A stretch of 49,782 nt of DNA from Ignavibacteriota bacterium. GTDB lineage: Bacteria > Bacteroidota > Ignavibacteria > UBA10030. Of the stretch, positions 17,564-28,700 are shown piece by piece. A program made the translations under genes and the position numbers. Position 1 is the first letter of the stretch. Each line of letters opens with the position of its first letter. The stretch is taken from assembly GCA_003819715.1 (NCBI GenBank), contig RPQN01000018.1:1-49782 (forward strand), written 5' to 3'. The notes below the pieces were generated by a model that was not told where the DNA came from, did no database searches, and saw nothing but the letters and a program-made list of their open reading frames with translations.

Positions 17564-18838
17564 CTATTGCATCCTCTCTTCCTCGATGGACGCATCTTCA
17601 TCATCCATCGATCTTACAAACGGATCGTTACCTATCTTATCGTTGAAATCGATGTAAAATTTCTGAACTGGTTTCAGCGAGTCCAGATAAGCGCGAAACC
17701 GATCCCCTTCTTTGATTTCCGCTTCAGTCTGGCGCGGTACCCAGAAAGAAAATTCTCCCTCAAGCGAAACAAAATTCTCTAATTTTGCGGCTGCTCCTTT
17801 GGCATCCTCTTTGATTCGATAGTGAAGATACCGGGTTTTCTTATTCGCCTTTATCACCGTAGCTATCGCTGAGACTCCGGATGTTTTAAGTTCTTTGTGA
17901 ATACCGGGATCATGGGTTTCGGGAACGATACTCTTGTACCCATTTATTACAAGAATAAACAACACGAGCAATGCAAACGTACTGAATCCAAAAAATATTG
18001 GAGAGGGCCAAAACTCATCCCATGTGTTCACACGACCCTGATCCGGTTTGCCGGCAAGATAGATGACCTCCACCTTGTCGCCCGCCTTAAGCCGGGACAA
18101 TGGCTTGGCCAGCGATCTTCGAATGGTATGGGGCGTACCTGAAGAATCTTCAAAGTCGATCATCGGAAACATTCCGCTTTCTATAGTGCCATTGTTGCTT
18201 TTGGAGTAACCTCTTTCAATCGCTGTGACGTACCCTGTCACCTTCATGCCGTTGGAACGCAGATCGGCTGTTATGTTGTAAGTCCAATACGTCCCTAACA
18301 CACATGAGGGGATCGCGAAAAACAAAATAAGCAGGACAGGAAAACGAACGGGATTCAGGTGAAAGTGAGCAATGACAGTTGGCAGGAGATGGAAGGGATC
18401 ATCCAATGTCGGGTCATTTGAAATGAGGATGCCTCCCATCCACATCAAGATTAAAACAACGACAAAACCCAGAAGAACGCTTGCCGGGCCGATCGGAAAA
18501 TCCTCCCAGGTAAGTAACAGGGCATTTCTGGGATTTGACTTGCTGTAAGCTACAGTGAGGTCATCCCCTACCCGTGCCGAGGGAGCCGAGGTATATGACC
18601 GACCACTGACCCTGATAAGTTCACCGTCTGAAGTAACAAATTCAACCATTGGAGAGAACATTGGTGCTCTCCCGGGTTCGCTGTTGAAACGCGACGAACT
18701 CTCCATCCCAACAACAATACCATGGGCTCTTTTCCCGGCAATCAATAAGTGAACTGAATTCTGCAGCAAATATCCCGTCAGGAATAACAAAAGCAGAATT
18801 ACGAAACTCAATATCCATCCAATCCAATTTATCGCCAT
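17564..18838 (-). CDS. Membrane protein with two DUF3592-like domains
   Basis: Two units of TM + A/VxGxV...PM(V/I)xF...GDxxxVxY...P + TM. Confidence 0.72.
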   Translation of the reverse strand: MAINWIGWILSFVILLLLFLTGYLLQNSVHLLIAGKRAHGIVVGMESSSRFNSEPGRAPMFSPMVEFVTSDGELIRVSGRSYTSAPSARVGDDLTVAYSKSNPRNALLLTWEDFPIGPASVLLGFVVVLILMWMGGILISNDPTLDDPFHLLPTVIAHFHLNPVRFPVLLILFFAIPSCVLGTYWTYNITADLRSNGMKVTGYVTAIERGYSKSNNGTIESGMFPMIDFEDSSGTPHTIRRSLAKPLSRLKAGDKVEVIYLAGKPDQGRVNTWDEFWPSPIFFGFSTFALLVLFILVINGYKSIVPETHDPGIHKELKTSGVSAIATVIKANKKTRYLHYRIKEDAKGAAAKLENFVSLEGEFSFWVPRQTEAEIKEGDRFRAYLDSLKPVQKFYIDFNDKIGNDPFVRSMDDEDASIEEERMQ

Positions 18839-18939
18839 AGCTCTGAGTTCACTAAATTTTATGTATCCGGTCCAACGGGCTCATTTGAACATTCAAGTCA
18901 TTGTTTTCTTGTGAGTATTTCACCAAAGCAAATGATTGA

Positions 18940-19272
18940 TCAGGGCCTTGTGAAGCTGCCAAATTTTATGTTATTCTCACGCATAAATACTCCAAACAAA
19001 GAGTATGCTTTATTTACACTGAACCGATTTTTAATTTCCTGTAAAAGAGCGGATTGATCCCCGTCTCTTATGCTCAAGAGATTATAGAATTTATTTACTT
19101 CTTCCGGCTCTACGGTATAGATATACTCATAATCCGAATCGCCGCAGTATTCTTCAACAGATTTTCCCACATCGTGTCCATCAAAGTACAACTGGCCTTT
19201 CTCGTTAAAGTATATCTTCATAGATATTTTAATATCAGGTCTCTCTAAATAAAACAGAATTACTTTTTCCAA
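18940..19272 (-). CDS. Hypothetical protein
   Basis: 110-aa ORF, co-oriented with its neighbours, TTG start. Confidence 0.6.
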   Translation of the reverse strand: MEKVILFYLERPDIKISMKIYFNEKGQLYFDGHDVGKSVEEYCGDSDYEYIYTVEPEEVNKFYNLLSIRDGDQSALLQEIKNRFSVNKAYSLFGVFMRENNIKFGSFTRP

Positions 19273-19315
19273 AGCGCGCCTTTGATGGGTTTATTTTACT
19301 TTTTCGAAACGCTTC

Positions 19316-19939
19316 TTAGAATCTGTTCCCGTTTTGCTTTTCGTCTTTCATAATCTTTTCCAAGTCCAAGAGTCCGATAAGTACGGCACTGTTATTTCCT
19401 TCGCCTGCCGCTTCTCCATTATATGTTATTATAAACTTCCCGTCTTTGTAATAGGTAATATCCGAGATGAAATCAAATTGCTTGCGATTGAAGAGAATGG
19501 TAAGCTCGTTATTTGAAAGGGCCTTTACCATCAGATAAAATGTTTCCGAGTCGCCGCGGTATTGCCTGTCAATGCTTTTTAAAGTCACTTTTGAATATTT
19601 CTGTTTATCGACTGGAACATTATGCAGAGAGTAACCGCTTCTATATTCCCCTGTACCATCGTTCATTAAACACTCTCTTTCCTTTGCGATGGCATACGGA
19701 TTCAGAGTATCTAAAATAGCACCGTTGTCTGGGGATATTTCAATAAATGTCGAATCCCAATTCCTGCCGAAAATGAAGTTCGATTCTTTGATATAGACTT
19801 CTCCAACCCGACCTTCAATTTTTATATTCCAGACAAAGTCTTTTACGGTGAACGTATAGTCTTTGTGATTCAAAAAGGTCTTGGTGCACATCATATTGAA
19901 TAACGAGAGTATGGAAAATACAATTATTCGATTTTTCAT
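19316..19939 (-). CDS. Hypothetical exported protein or possible lipoprotein
   Basis: N-terminus MKNRIIVFSILSLFNMMC. Confidence 0.6.
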   Translation of the reverse strand: MKNRIIVFSILSLFNMMCTKTFLNHKDYTFTVKDFVWNIKIEGRVGEVYIKESNFIFGRNWDSTFIEISPDNGAILDTLNPYAIAKERECLMNDGTGEYRSGYSLHNVPVDKQKYSKVTLKSIDRQYRGDSETFYLMVKALSNNELTILFNRKQFDFISDITYYKDGKFIITYNGEAAGEGNNSAVLIGLLDLEKIMKDEKQNGNRF

Positions 19940-20002
19940 TGGCGGGACATGTACTCTTTTTTCATCGATTCAATTTCAGCAGGACAAAGTCCATCACCGC
20001 CG

Positions 20003-20761
20003 TCACTTGCTGTTATTGTTGACAAAATCAATCATCGGCTGTCCGGGATCATGGAAAATAACCCCCCCATTCTTATCTATCGTATAAAGCAATGCCATCA
20101 TTTTTGTGTATCGTTCCTGCTTCCCGGTGGTAATAGATTTTCGAGTAAGAGCATAATTATTTTTGATTACTTCCACATTCCCAACATCGCTCTCAGGGTG
20201 TTTTTTCGCATAGCCGCTCACAGCCAATTCATGTGCATAGACGACGGCATTTTCTTCTGAATTGACCGCAAGGCCATCCTCCCAAAATTCAGCGATATAG
20301 GTGCCATCGCCAATGTGTTGAATACGGATATCATAGTCTCCTGCAATCTTCTTCTGATCCATCTTTCCGAATTCACTGAACACCAGCAGAAATGTCTCTA
20401 CGTCGAATTGTGTCGCTGCGGCATAGTCGTTCCTTGATTGTTCCCCTAACGCCTGCAATTCATTTTGCTTTTCTTCCGGCCATGTAGTTATTTTTGCTGC
20501 AATAGCTTTATTCTCCATTGATTCCGGGTCTGATTTTTTCGCCGACTGCTTCAGATCGGTAATGGACCGCCCTTTAATTGATTTATAAATTGGATCATTT
20601 TTATCCAGGTAATCTGCTGTTCCATTTTTTGCTGCCATCATGGGTTTCCCCGTTTTATGAGATTGAGAGTAACTATAACCGCCGCTGAATACGAGGAACG
20701 CACTGAGTACGATCAATAGTCGTTGAATAGATTTATTCTTTGAAGATGTCCGTGGCTGCAT
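20003..20761 (-). CDS. Hypothetical secreted protein
   Basis: Signal-like RLLIVLSAFLVFSGGYSYS/Q after ATG 20761. The ORF extends to 20881. Confidence 0.6.
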   Translation of the reverse strand: MQPRTSSKNKSIQRLLIVLSAFLVFSGGYSYSQSHKTGKPMMAAKNGTADYLDKNDPIYKSIKGRSITDLKQSAKKSDPESMENKAIAAKITTWPEEKQNELQALGEQSRNDYAAATQFDVETFLLVFSEFGKMDQKKIAGDYDIRIQHIGDGTYIAEFWEDGLAVNSEENAVVYAHELAVSGYAKKHPESDVGNVEVIKNNYALTRKSITTGKQERYTKMMALLYTIDKNGGVIFHDPGQPMIDFVNNNSK

Positions 20762-20867
20762 GTATTGATCCTTCAATTGATACCATGTATTACTTTTTTT
20801 CAATCGTGAGAAGCCCTTATCGGTCAGGTGGTTTCCAATAGTACGAGAGTGAACGGCTTTCAGTATT

Positions 20868-23558
20868 TTACCATTGAACATTCAGTGCAACATGAAATAT
20901 GAGCTCATCATAATTGAGCGTGTTGTCGGCAAGATCTTTATAGGCTGTCTGTTCTGCCCTTGCGTTAAGAGTAATATTTTTCCACGGGGAAATGGTCGTC
21001 GTCAAATAAAACCCTGTTTTATGATTCACCGCCTCTTCCGCGGTGACGTCTACTCCGATCGTGCTGGTGAGGAATTCCGAAAATGCGGCGTTGACGCTGA
21101 AATCATAATTGCTGATATGAGAATTTAATGACAACGAAGCTGTTTTAATGAGTCCCCAGGTACCTGAAAATGAGAACGGATTATTAAAGCTTACTCCTTC
21201 AGTTATAGAAATTGAATTGGTGTGATAATCCGACAGGCCGCTGAGGGTGAGTGCTTCATTCCTCGTATAGGCGACCGTGGTGGATATGTTCAATTCATCA
21301 ATGAGCAAAACGTAACCGGTGACCGCGGAGAGCATGGAAGTTTTATTTTCAACCTTCCGGGTAAGAACCGAGTCGTCGTTTTTCTGAACAACCGGTGAAT
21401 ACGAAACCTGCAGGAAAGGAAGTTTCGGAAAATTCAGCCCGAGATTGAGCCCATATGCCGAAGTGGTGGTGGTGGAGCTTTTCCAATCAATGAGGTTGTC
21501 GTGCGAAGTTCTGAAGAATGTACTGAGCGATATTTTTCTGGAAAATAATCCCTGTTCGGCTTTTGCTTCGTAGGCGATTTGATCATTTCTCAAATTCGGC
21601 GCTCCAAGGGATACATACCCTGGTCCGATCATTTTCGTATTAAAAGAAATGCGGGTTGCAGATCCTGTATTGTTATAGGATATTTTTCCTGAATACGAAT
21701 AATCAAAGGAAGAGCTGATTTTAGGATGAAGGACTCCCTTGATCCAGCTTGGGATTTCTTTTATTTCCAGGTCGGCATCTCTTGTATCACGCGTAAGAAT
21801 TGCGGCATTTCCTTCTCCTTCAATGAGAATATGATCCTGAAAGAGAGCCAGTTTTGTTTCCATGCCAAAAACATCATTTGCTTTTGGAGTCAACGGTATA
21901 CTGCCGGGCGATATGGAAGGCCCCATCGCTGAAGTAGTGGATGAAACGGTCATTGAATTTTCATCGTCCTTCACATAAACCCCGGTAAAGAATAAATGAG
22001 TGCCTTCTTTTTTCCCCAGTCCGAGCCGGCCGGCATACAAATTTCTTTGGTACGCAATATTTTGTATACTCCTCTGATTCTTCGATGCCGCGAACGCCGC
22101 ATAAAGAATTCCCGGATTCAGTTCAACATTAATTCCCGTCACCGGAACCCCTTTTAACGTGTAATCAGAATAGGACGGGTAATTTATTCCTATGCCCAGC
22201 GCAATGAAGCTCATCATGAAATTATCCCATCCCGACAGTTCCTTAATTTTATCTCCCAGACGCGTTTTGAGATTTTCCCGATAGCTCTTAAAATCAACAT
22301 TAAAAGCGAAGCGGTTGATGCTCTGGCGATCCGATCCATTCTGCGAAGAAAGAAGAATGTTTGCCGTGATGGGAAGATCATACAGTATCAGAGAAGGATT
22401 AAGCTCCGCTGTTAAAATACTCTTCGGTACCTCTGAAAACGGCAAGTCTTTGTAGCCGGTCTCCCAGCTTAATTTTGCATTTCCTGAAAATAGAAGAGGA
22501 CTTGGTTTGTTTTCTTTTTCATTTTCATATATCATATCCGCTAATTGTGAATTGTCTGTCGATGCAAGCAGCAGGTGTTGCCCGGCAAAGGAAGAGGAGG
22601 TATTGCCCAATTCGTTTGCCGACGTTGATTTATTATCGACGAACGTATGCTGTGAATTATCGGTATAGGTAAATTCCCAAGTCTCGCTTTCAGAAATCAG
22701 TTCATTGTTGAGATACGCACCCACCTGCCACGCATACGTCCTGTTGTTTTCAAACCTCCTGCCTCCCGTCGGATATAAAAAAACACTGGAATAAATATTT
22801 TGATTTTTATAGAAGGCGGGATTGGATAAGAGCGCATCAGAGGGGGATTGATTCCCCAGCATCTCCGCAATTCTTATGGAGTATGTTGCCTTAACGCCCG
22901 GCGGGATGGGAGAAGGCGGCAGCCAGTTGAACGTAATGGAGGAGCCATTAACATAATTGGCCGGTATTCCTGTGTCTTCATTTGTTTTCGTTCCCGTTGT
23001 TGTCATTCCATCATTCCCCGATCCAGCAACATCAGTTCCGCCCCCTGAAATTATCTTCACGCCGTTTTCCGGCAGCAACAGTTCAACCTGGGACATGTTC
23101 TGTGTCTGCGCCTGTATGCATTGTGTCCCAAGTTCCACTCCGGTTTCTGCATTGAAAACCGTAACACAAATCTCATAATCGCCCGTAGGGACAGCGCCGA
23201 CATTCTCAACCACATTCGCGTATTTGTTATTATTGACATCAACACTCATGGGAACAAGCTCCCGCGAATTTACAACTTTTACGCCGGGGGCTAATGAAAA
23301 AGCAGCCGTCGTTGCAGATACGATTTGTCCTTTTGCCGATTCGCTTGCGACACCATGCAGGTACACCCGATACGTTGTCGTTGTGGGATTTATTAATGTC
23401 ACCTTCCACATATGTTCAATCTTGAACTGGAAGGGAGGCGGCTGCTGAAGGACAACGGTGACCTGGGCATGGAGATCCATTTGAGAAAATAAGAGCATCA
23501 CCGCAAGAGCCGAAACAATACAGCGTACGTTTATTCGTTTCACAAAATTCCTTTTCAT
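20868..23558 (-). CDS. Probable outer-membrane beta-barrel protein with N-terminal tandem Ig-like domains
   Basis: Signal peptide (DLHA/Q). About 540 aa of alternating amphipathic strands ending HVALNVQW. N-terminus paralogous to the 1614-aa protein. Confidence 0.7.
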   Translation of the reverse strand: MKRNFVKRINVRCIVSALAVMLLFSQMDLHAQVTVVLQQPPPFQFKIEHMWKVTLINPTTTTYRVYLHGVASESAKGQIVSATTAAFSLAPGVKVVNSRELVPMSVDVNNNKYANVVENVGAVPTGDYEICVTVFNAETGVELGTQCIQAQTQNMSQVELLLPENGVKIISGGGTDVAGSGNDGMTTTGTKTNEDTGIPANYVNGSSITFNWLPPSPIPPGVKATYSIRIAEMLGNQSPSDALLSNPAFYKNQNIYSSVFLYPTGGRRFENNRTYAWQVGAYLNNELISESETWEFTYTDNSQHTFVDNKSTSANELGNTSSSFAGQHLLLASTDNSQLADMIYENEKENKPSPLLFSGNAKLSWETGYKDLPFSEVPKSILTAELNPSLILYDLPITANILLSSQNGSDRQSINRFAFNVDFKSYRENLKTRLGDKIKELSGWDNFMMSFIALGIGINYPSYSDYTLKGVPVTGINVELNPGILYAAFAASKNQRSIQNIAYQRNLYAGRLGLGKKEGTHLFFTGVYVKDDENSMTVSSTTSAMGPSISPGSIPLTPKANDVFGMETKLALFQDHILIEGEGNAAILTRDTRDADLEIKEIPSWIKGVLHPKISSSFDYSYSGKISYNNTGSATRISFNTKMIGPGYVSLGAPNLRNDQIAYEAKAEQGLFSRKISLSTFFRTSHDNLIDWKSSTTTTSAYGLNLGLNFPKLPFLQVSYSPVVQKNDDSVLTRKVENKTSMLSAVTGYVLLIDELNISTTVAYTRNEALTLSGLSDYHTNSISITEGVSFNNPFSFSGTWGLIKTASLSLNSHISNYDFSVNAAFSEFLTSTIGVDVTAEEAVNHKTGFYLTTTISPWKNITLNARAEQTAYKDLADNTLNYDELIFHVALNVQW

Positions 23559-23590
23559 TAGCTTATGAATGAGTCCACAAAGACTCACTT

Positions 23591-25726
23591 TTATTCAATA
23601 ATTTTACCCACCACTTCGCTCAACGTTGACTGACCGCCATCCTTCATAACGGCCTTTATTGCATAGTAATTTGTCTTATGGGCATTCTTGTCGGTATAAG
23701 ACTTTTCCGTCGTGATGTCATATTGCGTTAAGTTTCCGTTATCGTCCTTTTTGTAAACAATAAAAGAAGGCTCAACTTTTGAGGAAGGATAATTCCAGGT
23801 CAGGATAATATTTTTCTTTTCGACTTTTGCATTGAGGTTTTCAATGGGAGGCCGAATGCCGGTGTCATATGGTTTGCCGTATACCGCGGATGCATAATGA
23901 GAATACAATCCGCCAAAATCCTTCGCCCTTATTGAATAATAGTACGTAACTCCCGTCGTTACGTTCGTATCAATAAATTTGGATAAAAGGGAACTGAACA
24001 TGCTCAGAATTTGCCATTCAGACTTCAAGTCTGTTTTTCTGTAGAGAATATGCTCTTGTACATCTGCACTGCTGCTTGAGACAAAGAATAATTCCACTTG
24101 TTTTTCTTTCACAACGACACTTGTAAATATCGGAGAGACAGGTGCTATGGTGTCCGGTCGCGCGACTTTGAGGAGATCCGAAAAATCTGATTGATTGTAG
24201 TTGAAATCGAGAGCTTTCACTTTATAATAGATAAACGGAGTTAAAGAATTTAACGTGACCGTGTCTTTGAATACGGTTTGAATTTCCTGATTTAAGGAAT
24301 CGTTCTCGACAAAGCCCTCGACCATAACGGAAAATTCATGTTCGGGGCTGTTTGCCTTGAAGAGCCGATACCCCATCAAATCTTTTTCTTTGCTTTTCTT
24401 CACCGTTATCGTCACCACTCCCAACGAATCTATTGTCCCCGATAGAAAAGCAGGCTTGCCGGGGGGTATGGAATCAATCAACGTGACCGATACCGGGAAT
24501 GAGGAGCTTACATTATTTGCCGTATCCATTGCCTGGACGACATAATAATTTGCCTGCCCTCTGACAAATGTCGTATCCGTAAATGTTCTTGCTTCTTTCG
24601 GCAGCATCGCCTGATGCAGGACTTTAAAATCTCCTTCATTTTTATTTGCCCGTGCAACAAAAAATCCTTTTAAGTCCGGAGCCGGAACCGGGTTCATCTG
24701 CCACGTCACCAATACTTCGTTTGGTTTTACATTTTGAGGCTGCGGCAAAAACGGTTGTTCGGGAGGAGTCAAATCCTTAGGCATGGCTTTCACTTCTGCA
24801 AATTGTACTTTTTCACCGAACAATGTGTAACCAAAAAATCGATACGTATAGACTTGATAATTGATAAGGTTTTTGTCGTTGAATCCGCTTCTCGATTCGC
24901 CGCCCGCAGCGCTGCCTTCAAGATTATGAATAGGCGCCTTATTCAATTGAGTAAATGTCGTCTCGCCTGGATTCGCACGTTCTACAAAATATCCTGAAAG
25001 ATCCGGTGTCTCTATCCAGGCAAAAAATAATTCCGTATCTCCCTGTTTCACATAAACCGGGTTATCATAGCCCTTCTTAAGGTTTTCAGCAACAATTCTA
25101 TAATCAACGGAGATAACCGTATAAACATCGGATTTCCCAACAGGTCTTGCTCGATAGAAATAGGTCTTCCCTTTTATTGCGGTACTATCCGTATACGCTA
25201 AACCCAATGCGGTTGCAGCCTTTGCGTCTTTGAGAGCAGTGAGTGTAAATATCATATACTCGAAATCTTCCTTACTCTTTTGATCTTTTAATTCAGCAAT
25301 TCCTTTTTCGAAATTGAATGCTCCCCCTTTTCCCTTGTCAATGTTTTTCAGAAAATCTCTTGCAATCTCCAATTCATTCTTTGATTCCAGGCTTTTCTCG
25401 CTCCTGAGAGCAGTTTCCCATTGAGTATCGCTGTAAGGAAATATTCTTGCAATTTCTGCATACGTCATTTTATTGGGATCTTTTCTTATAATCGACGTAT
25501 CGAAAAGCATTCGCTCTATAATAAACCCTTCTTTAAACCCGACTTCCAAAACAGATTTTTTATCGGGGAAAAATCGAATTTCAACACCTTTGCCCTCCGT
25601 ATATCTGCCGATTAAATTAATAGTGCTGACCGGATTGATGACGGGTTCTGCATCTTGCGCAAAGCAATTGCTCGCGTAAAATAATATTGATGCGATAGTG
25701 AGAATGTGTCTTGTTTGTTTATTCAT
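23591..25726 (-). CDS. Secreted fibronectin type III repeat protein
   Basis: Signal peptide. Repeated W...GYxVxR...FxD...YxYxV/I pattern with linkers DLTPP, DSIPP and DTIAP. Confidence 0.8.
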   Translation of the reverse strand: MNKQTRHILTIASILFYASNCFAQDAEPVINPVSTINLIGRYTEGKGVEIRFFPDKKSVLEVGFKEGFIIERMLFDTSIIRKDPNKMTYAEIARIFPYSDTQWETALRSEKSLESKNELEIARDFLKNIDKGKGGAFNFEKGIAELKDQKSKEDFEYMIFTLTALKDAKAATALGLAYTDSTAIKGKTYFYRARPVGKSDVYTVISVDYRIVAENLKKGYDNPVYVKQGDTELFFAWIETPDLSGYFVERANPGETTFTQLNKAPIHNLEGSAAGGESRSGFNDKNLINYQVYTYRFFGYTLFGEKVQFAEVKAMPKDLTPPEQPFLPQPQNVKPNEVLVTWQMNPVPAPDLKGFFVARANKNEGDFKVLHQAMLPKEARTFTDTTFVRGQANYYVVQAMDTANNVSSSFPVSVTLIDSIPPGKPAFLSGTIDSLGVVTITVKKSKEKDLMGYRLFKANSPEHEFSVMVEGFVENDSLNQEIQTVFKDTVTLNSLTPFIYYKVKALDFNYNQSDFSDLLKVARPDTIAPVSPIFTSVVVKEKQVELFFVSSSSADVQEHILYRKTDLKSEWQILSMFSSLLSKFIDTNVTTGVTYYYSIRAKDFGGLYSHYASAVYGKPYDTGIRPPIENLNAKVEKKNIILTWNYPSSKVEPSFIVYKKDDNGNLTQYDITTEKSYTDKNAHKTNYYAIKAVMKDGGQSTLSEVVGKIIE

Positions 25727-25767
25727 AATGATATCTGCTTTTTAATTGTTGAATTATTTTTTGCATG

Positions 25768-28700
25768 TTAATGGAGATGCGGCAGCGATGTACTCACTGT
25801 TGCAAGCTGGGACCCCGTCTTGAAATTTTTGGTAACGGTCTGTGCAACAACGGCGTTATTCTTGTTTTTGGCATTGATCCAGGTATTATTGACGTACTCT
25901 TTCAAGGCAGCCGTAACGGTAAAAACATAATTTTTATTGAGTGTGAGATTATTTTTTATCTCAGGCGGTTCGGGCGGTAAATTATTATACGTATTCGTTA
26001 CTGGCGGCAGAGGGTAGCTCACAGTCTGTATATTGCTGATACTGAGCGATGTATTGCTTATCGGATGAATAGCATTGGTATTGGTACTCGCAGTGTTGAG
26101 ATGTGCCGATGTTTGACCAATCGTTATTGGTGTTGATGTATTTATTACGGTTGGCACTAATACCGTATAGAGAAACTCTCCCAGATTATTTTGTCTTGTC
26201 TTTAATGATTGATTGGTCAATGACCCGTTATCATTTTGAATTTTTATGCTCGTCGTGACCACCAGTTTAAATGTTCTGCTTTTTACAGAACCATCCGATT
26301 GCTGCTCTGATACATCAAATACATTGCCGGGGATCAATCCGTACTCGACGGCTAAAGGAGCGGTGATGGGAAAGTCAAAATGCTGATCCGGATGTACATA
26401 TTTTATCAATAATTGTTGTTGCTCTCCGGCGGCATCTCCTTGAGCAACCGTTGCTCCCGTTAACGCGCCTGATGTCCCGCAATCGGTGCCCTTCACAAAA
26501 GTTTTATCAAAAGAGGCATTCACCAAATAATGGTCCTGAGGATGCACACACGCTGACCACGATGGCCAATATGCCGGTCCTGACCAATCGCCTGTAGAAT
26601 GTATCCAGGTCGTATAGTGACCGATGAGCACAGATCCCTGAATTTCTCCGGCAACATAGACGGGATTTGGAAATTTTCCTGTTAACCAGCCTCCGGCTTT
26701 AATGTCTGCAAGCGGCCAGGTGTGACCATCACTTGATCTTTTGATACTAGCGAGTACAGAAGCATAAAAGCCTATGTCCCCAGAAGCCTGCCATCCGTTA
26801 ATTCCAATCCGTTCGGAAGGGTTCTCGCAATTCTGTCCGCTATACTCCGCAAAAGCTAAATCTAATTCTGCACCTGCTGCCAATGCTAACGATGCATCAT
26901 AGTTGCCCGTGACATTAAATCCAAAATCATTTTTAAATGTAAATCCTACGCCAAGCGCTAATCCTTTGCCGGTTGCCGTATTATTATTGGTGACACCGAG
27001 GGTTTTTACTCCCATCCCTGGATCATGTCCGAACACACCGCGATAACCGTCCTTAAATGTTTGTGTAAATCCTGAGGGCGGCGTGATGTGATTGCCAAAC
27101 ATCAAATATTGATATAAATGGGCGGTGAAAAGATCTACATTCACGTCAACTTTCGTTAACGAATTATCATTGGACGATGGTTCTCCGAACTTAAAATACC
27201 ACTGATTTACTTTCCCATTAATATCCAAGACAAGATTCGCCGGACTTGGTGTTGAGATCGGCGGAGCATTTACCATAACGTTTGCAGAAAGGTTAAAATG
27301 CTTATCCGGGAAATTATACGTGACGCTCACATTTCCCTTCACGTTCGCCTTCGCTCTTTTGGGAGCGGTAAGACCGGCGGCAACATAAAAGTCGCCTGTA
27401 AATGCAATGAATATTAAACCCTCGGATTTTGAAAACTGCGCATCCAATGCGACGTCTGCATTAAAAGATTCTTCTTTTGGTGTCGTGGCAATCGTTGCCG
27501 CAATTTTCAAACCAAACGTTGAGTATTTCGGTTTAAATGTAAATCTTTTACCCGATGGTGTTTTCGTGGAGGCCGACAATATTGCATCCATATTATAGTA
27601 GGCACCGCCGCCAAAACCTCTAAAAGCAATGCCCGGCAAAAACGGAACTCCCGGTGGAGGTAAGAGTACATCAGCTTCTACGCGCCAGTATCTGTACAAC
27701 GTACTTCCATGTTGATAATTGGTATTGCCGAATTCTAATAATGCGTCTGCTGTTATTCCAACCGGTGTAAAAGCGACGCTTAATGTTCCTAAGAAACCAT
27801 CGCCAAAAACAGAGTCATGATTTCTGAATAAAATACTCCCATCAATTTTTACTGCCGGTAAATTTGCATGGACGGCAAGGCTATCGAGAGATATCCCCTT
27901 GAATTGCGGCGTAAATTTCTTCGCGCTGGTATTTAATTCCACCGCAAAATTAGCGCCTATGGTTGTACTTCCGCCAATATCCTCGGTAAGGTCGGCAACG
28001 ATATCAAGACAGACCTCCCCTCTTAAGAGCTCTTTGACGTTCGCACTGCCGGAAGGCACTGTTGATTTTGATTTATAATAGATCTTTTTAATTGAGACAG
28101 GGAAATTAGCTAAGAATTTCTGAGGACTCGCAAAACTCCACGAACCAGGGCTGAACTTGAGAGAATCAGTGGACGGAGTATTTTTGTAAGTTAATCCGAC
28201 ATTCTCAAAGTCCAATTCCATATTGACTTTTAAAGTATTGAAGGGAGATGGAAAAGTTGGATTATCCCACTTGAATTTACCATTAAGCATTATAGAAAAT
28301 GTTTTTAAGGTGGGAGTAATAACCGCGGTAATATTTGTCGTTGGGAGTAAAGTCATCTCTCCCTTCAATATATCGGCTTCAATAGGCCCCGACGGCATAA
28401 CCACTATTTGAAAACTGTTCGCATTTGAAACCTGGCTGAATACGGCGGTGTACTTCAACGTATTGGTGATGGTGTCTTTGCTGATGGGCAATACCAGCAA
28501 TCCTTTCGCCGTTCCGCTGGTTAAAGAACCTTTCAGCATAGCGATCTCAAGAGTATCAAGACTGGCACTTAAATTTGCCACGCTGCCGCTGGCGAACGTA
28601 ACAACATGTAATGCCTTCATTTTTAATGTGATGCCATAATCATCAATGATGAGATCATTCGCAGTTATAAATGTTGGATTTGCGCCTGTCTTCCAGGTTT

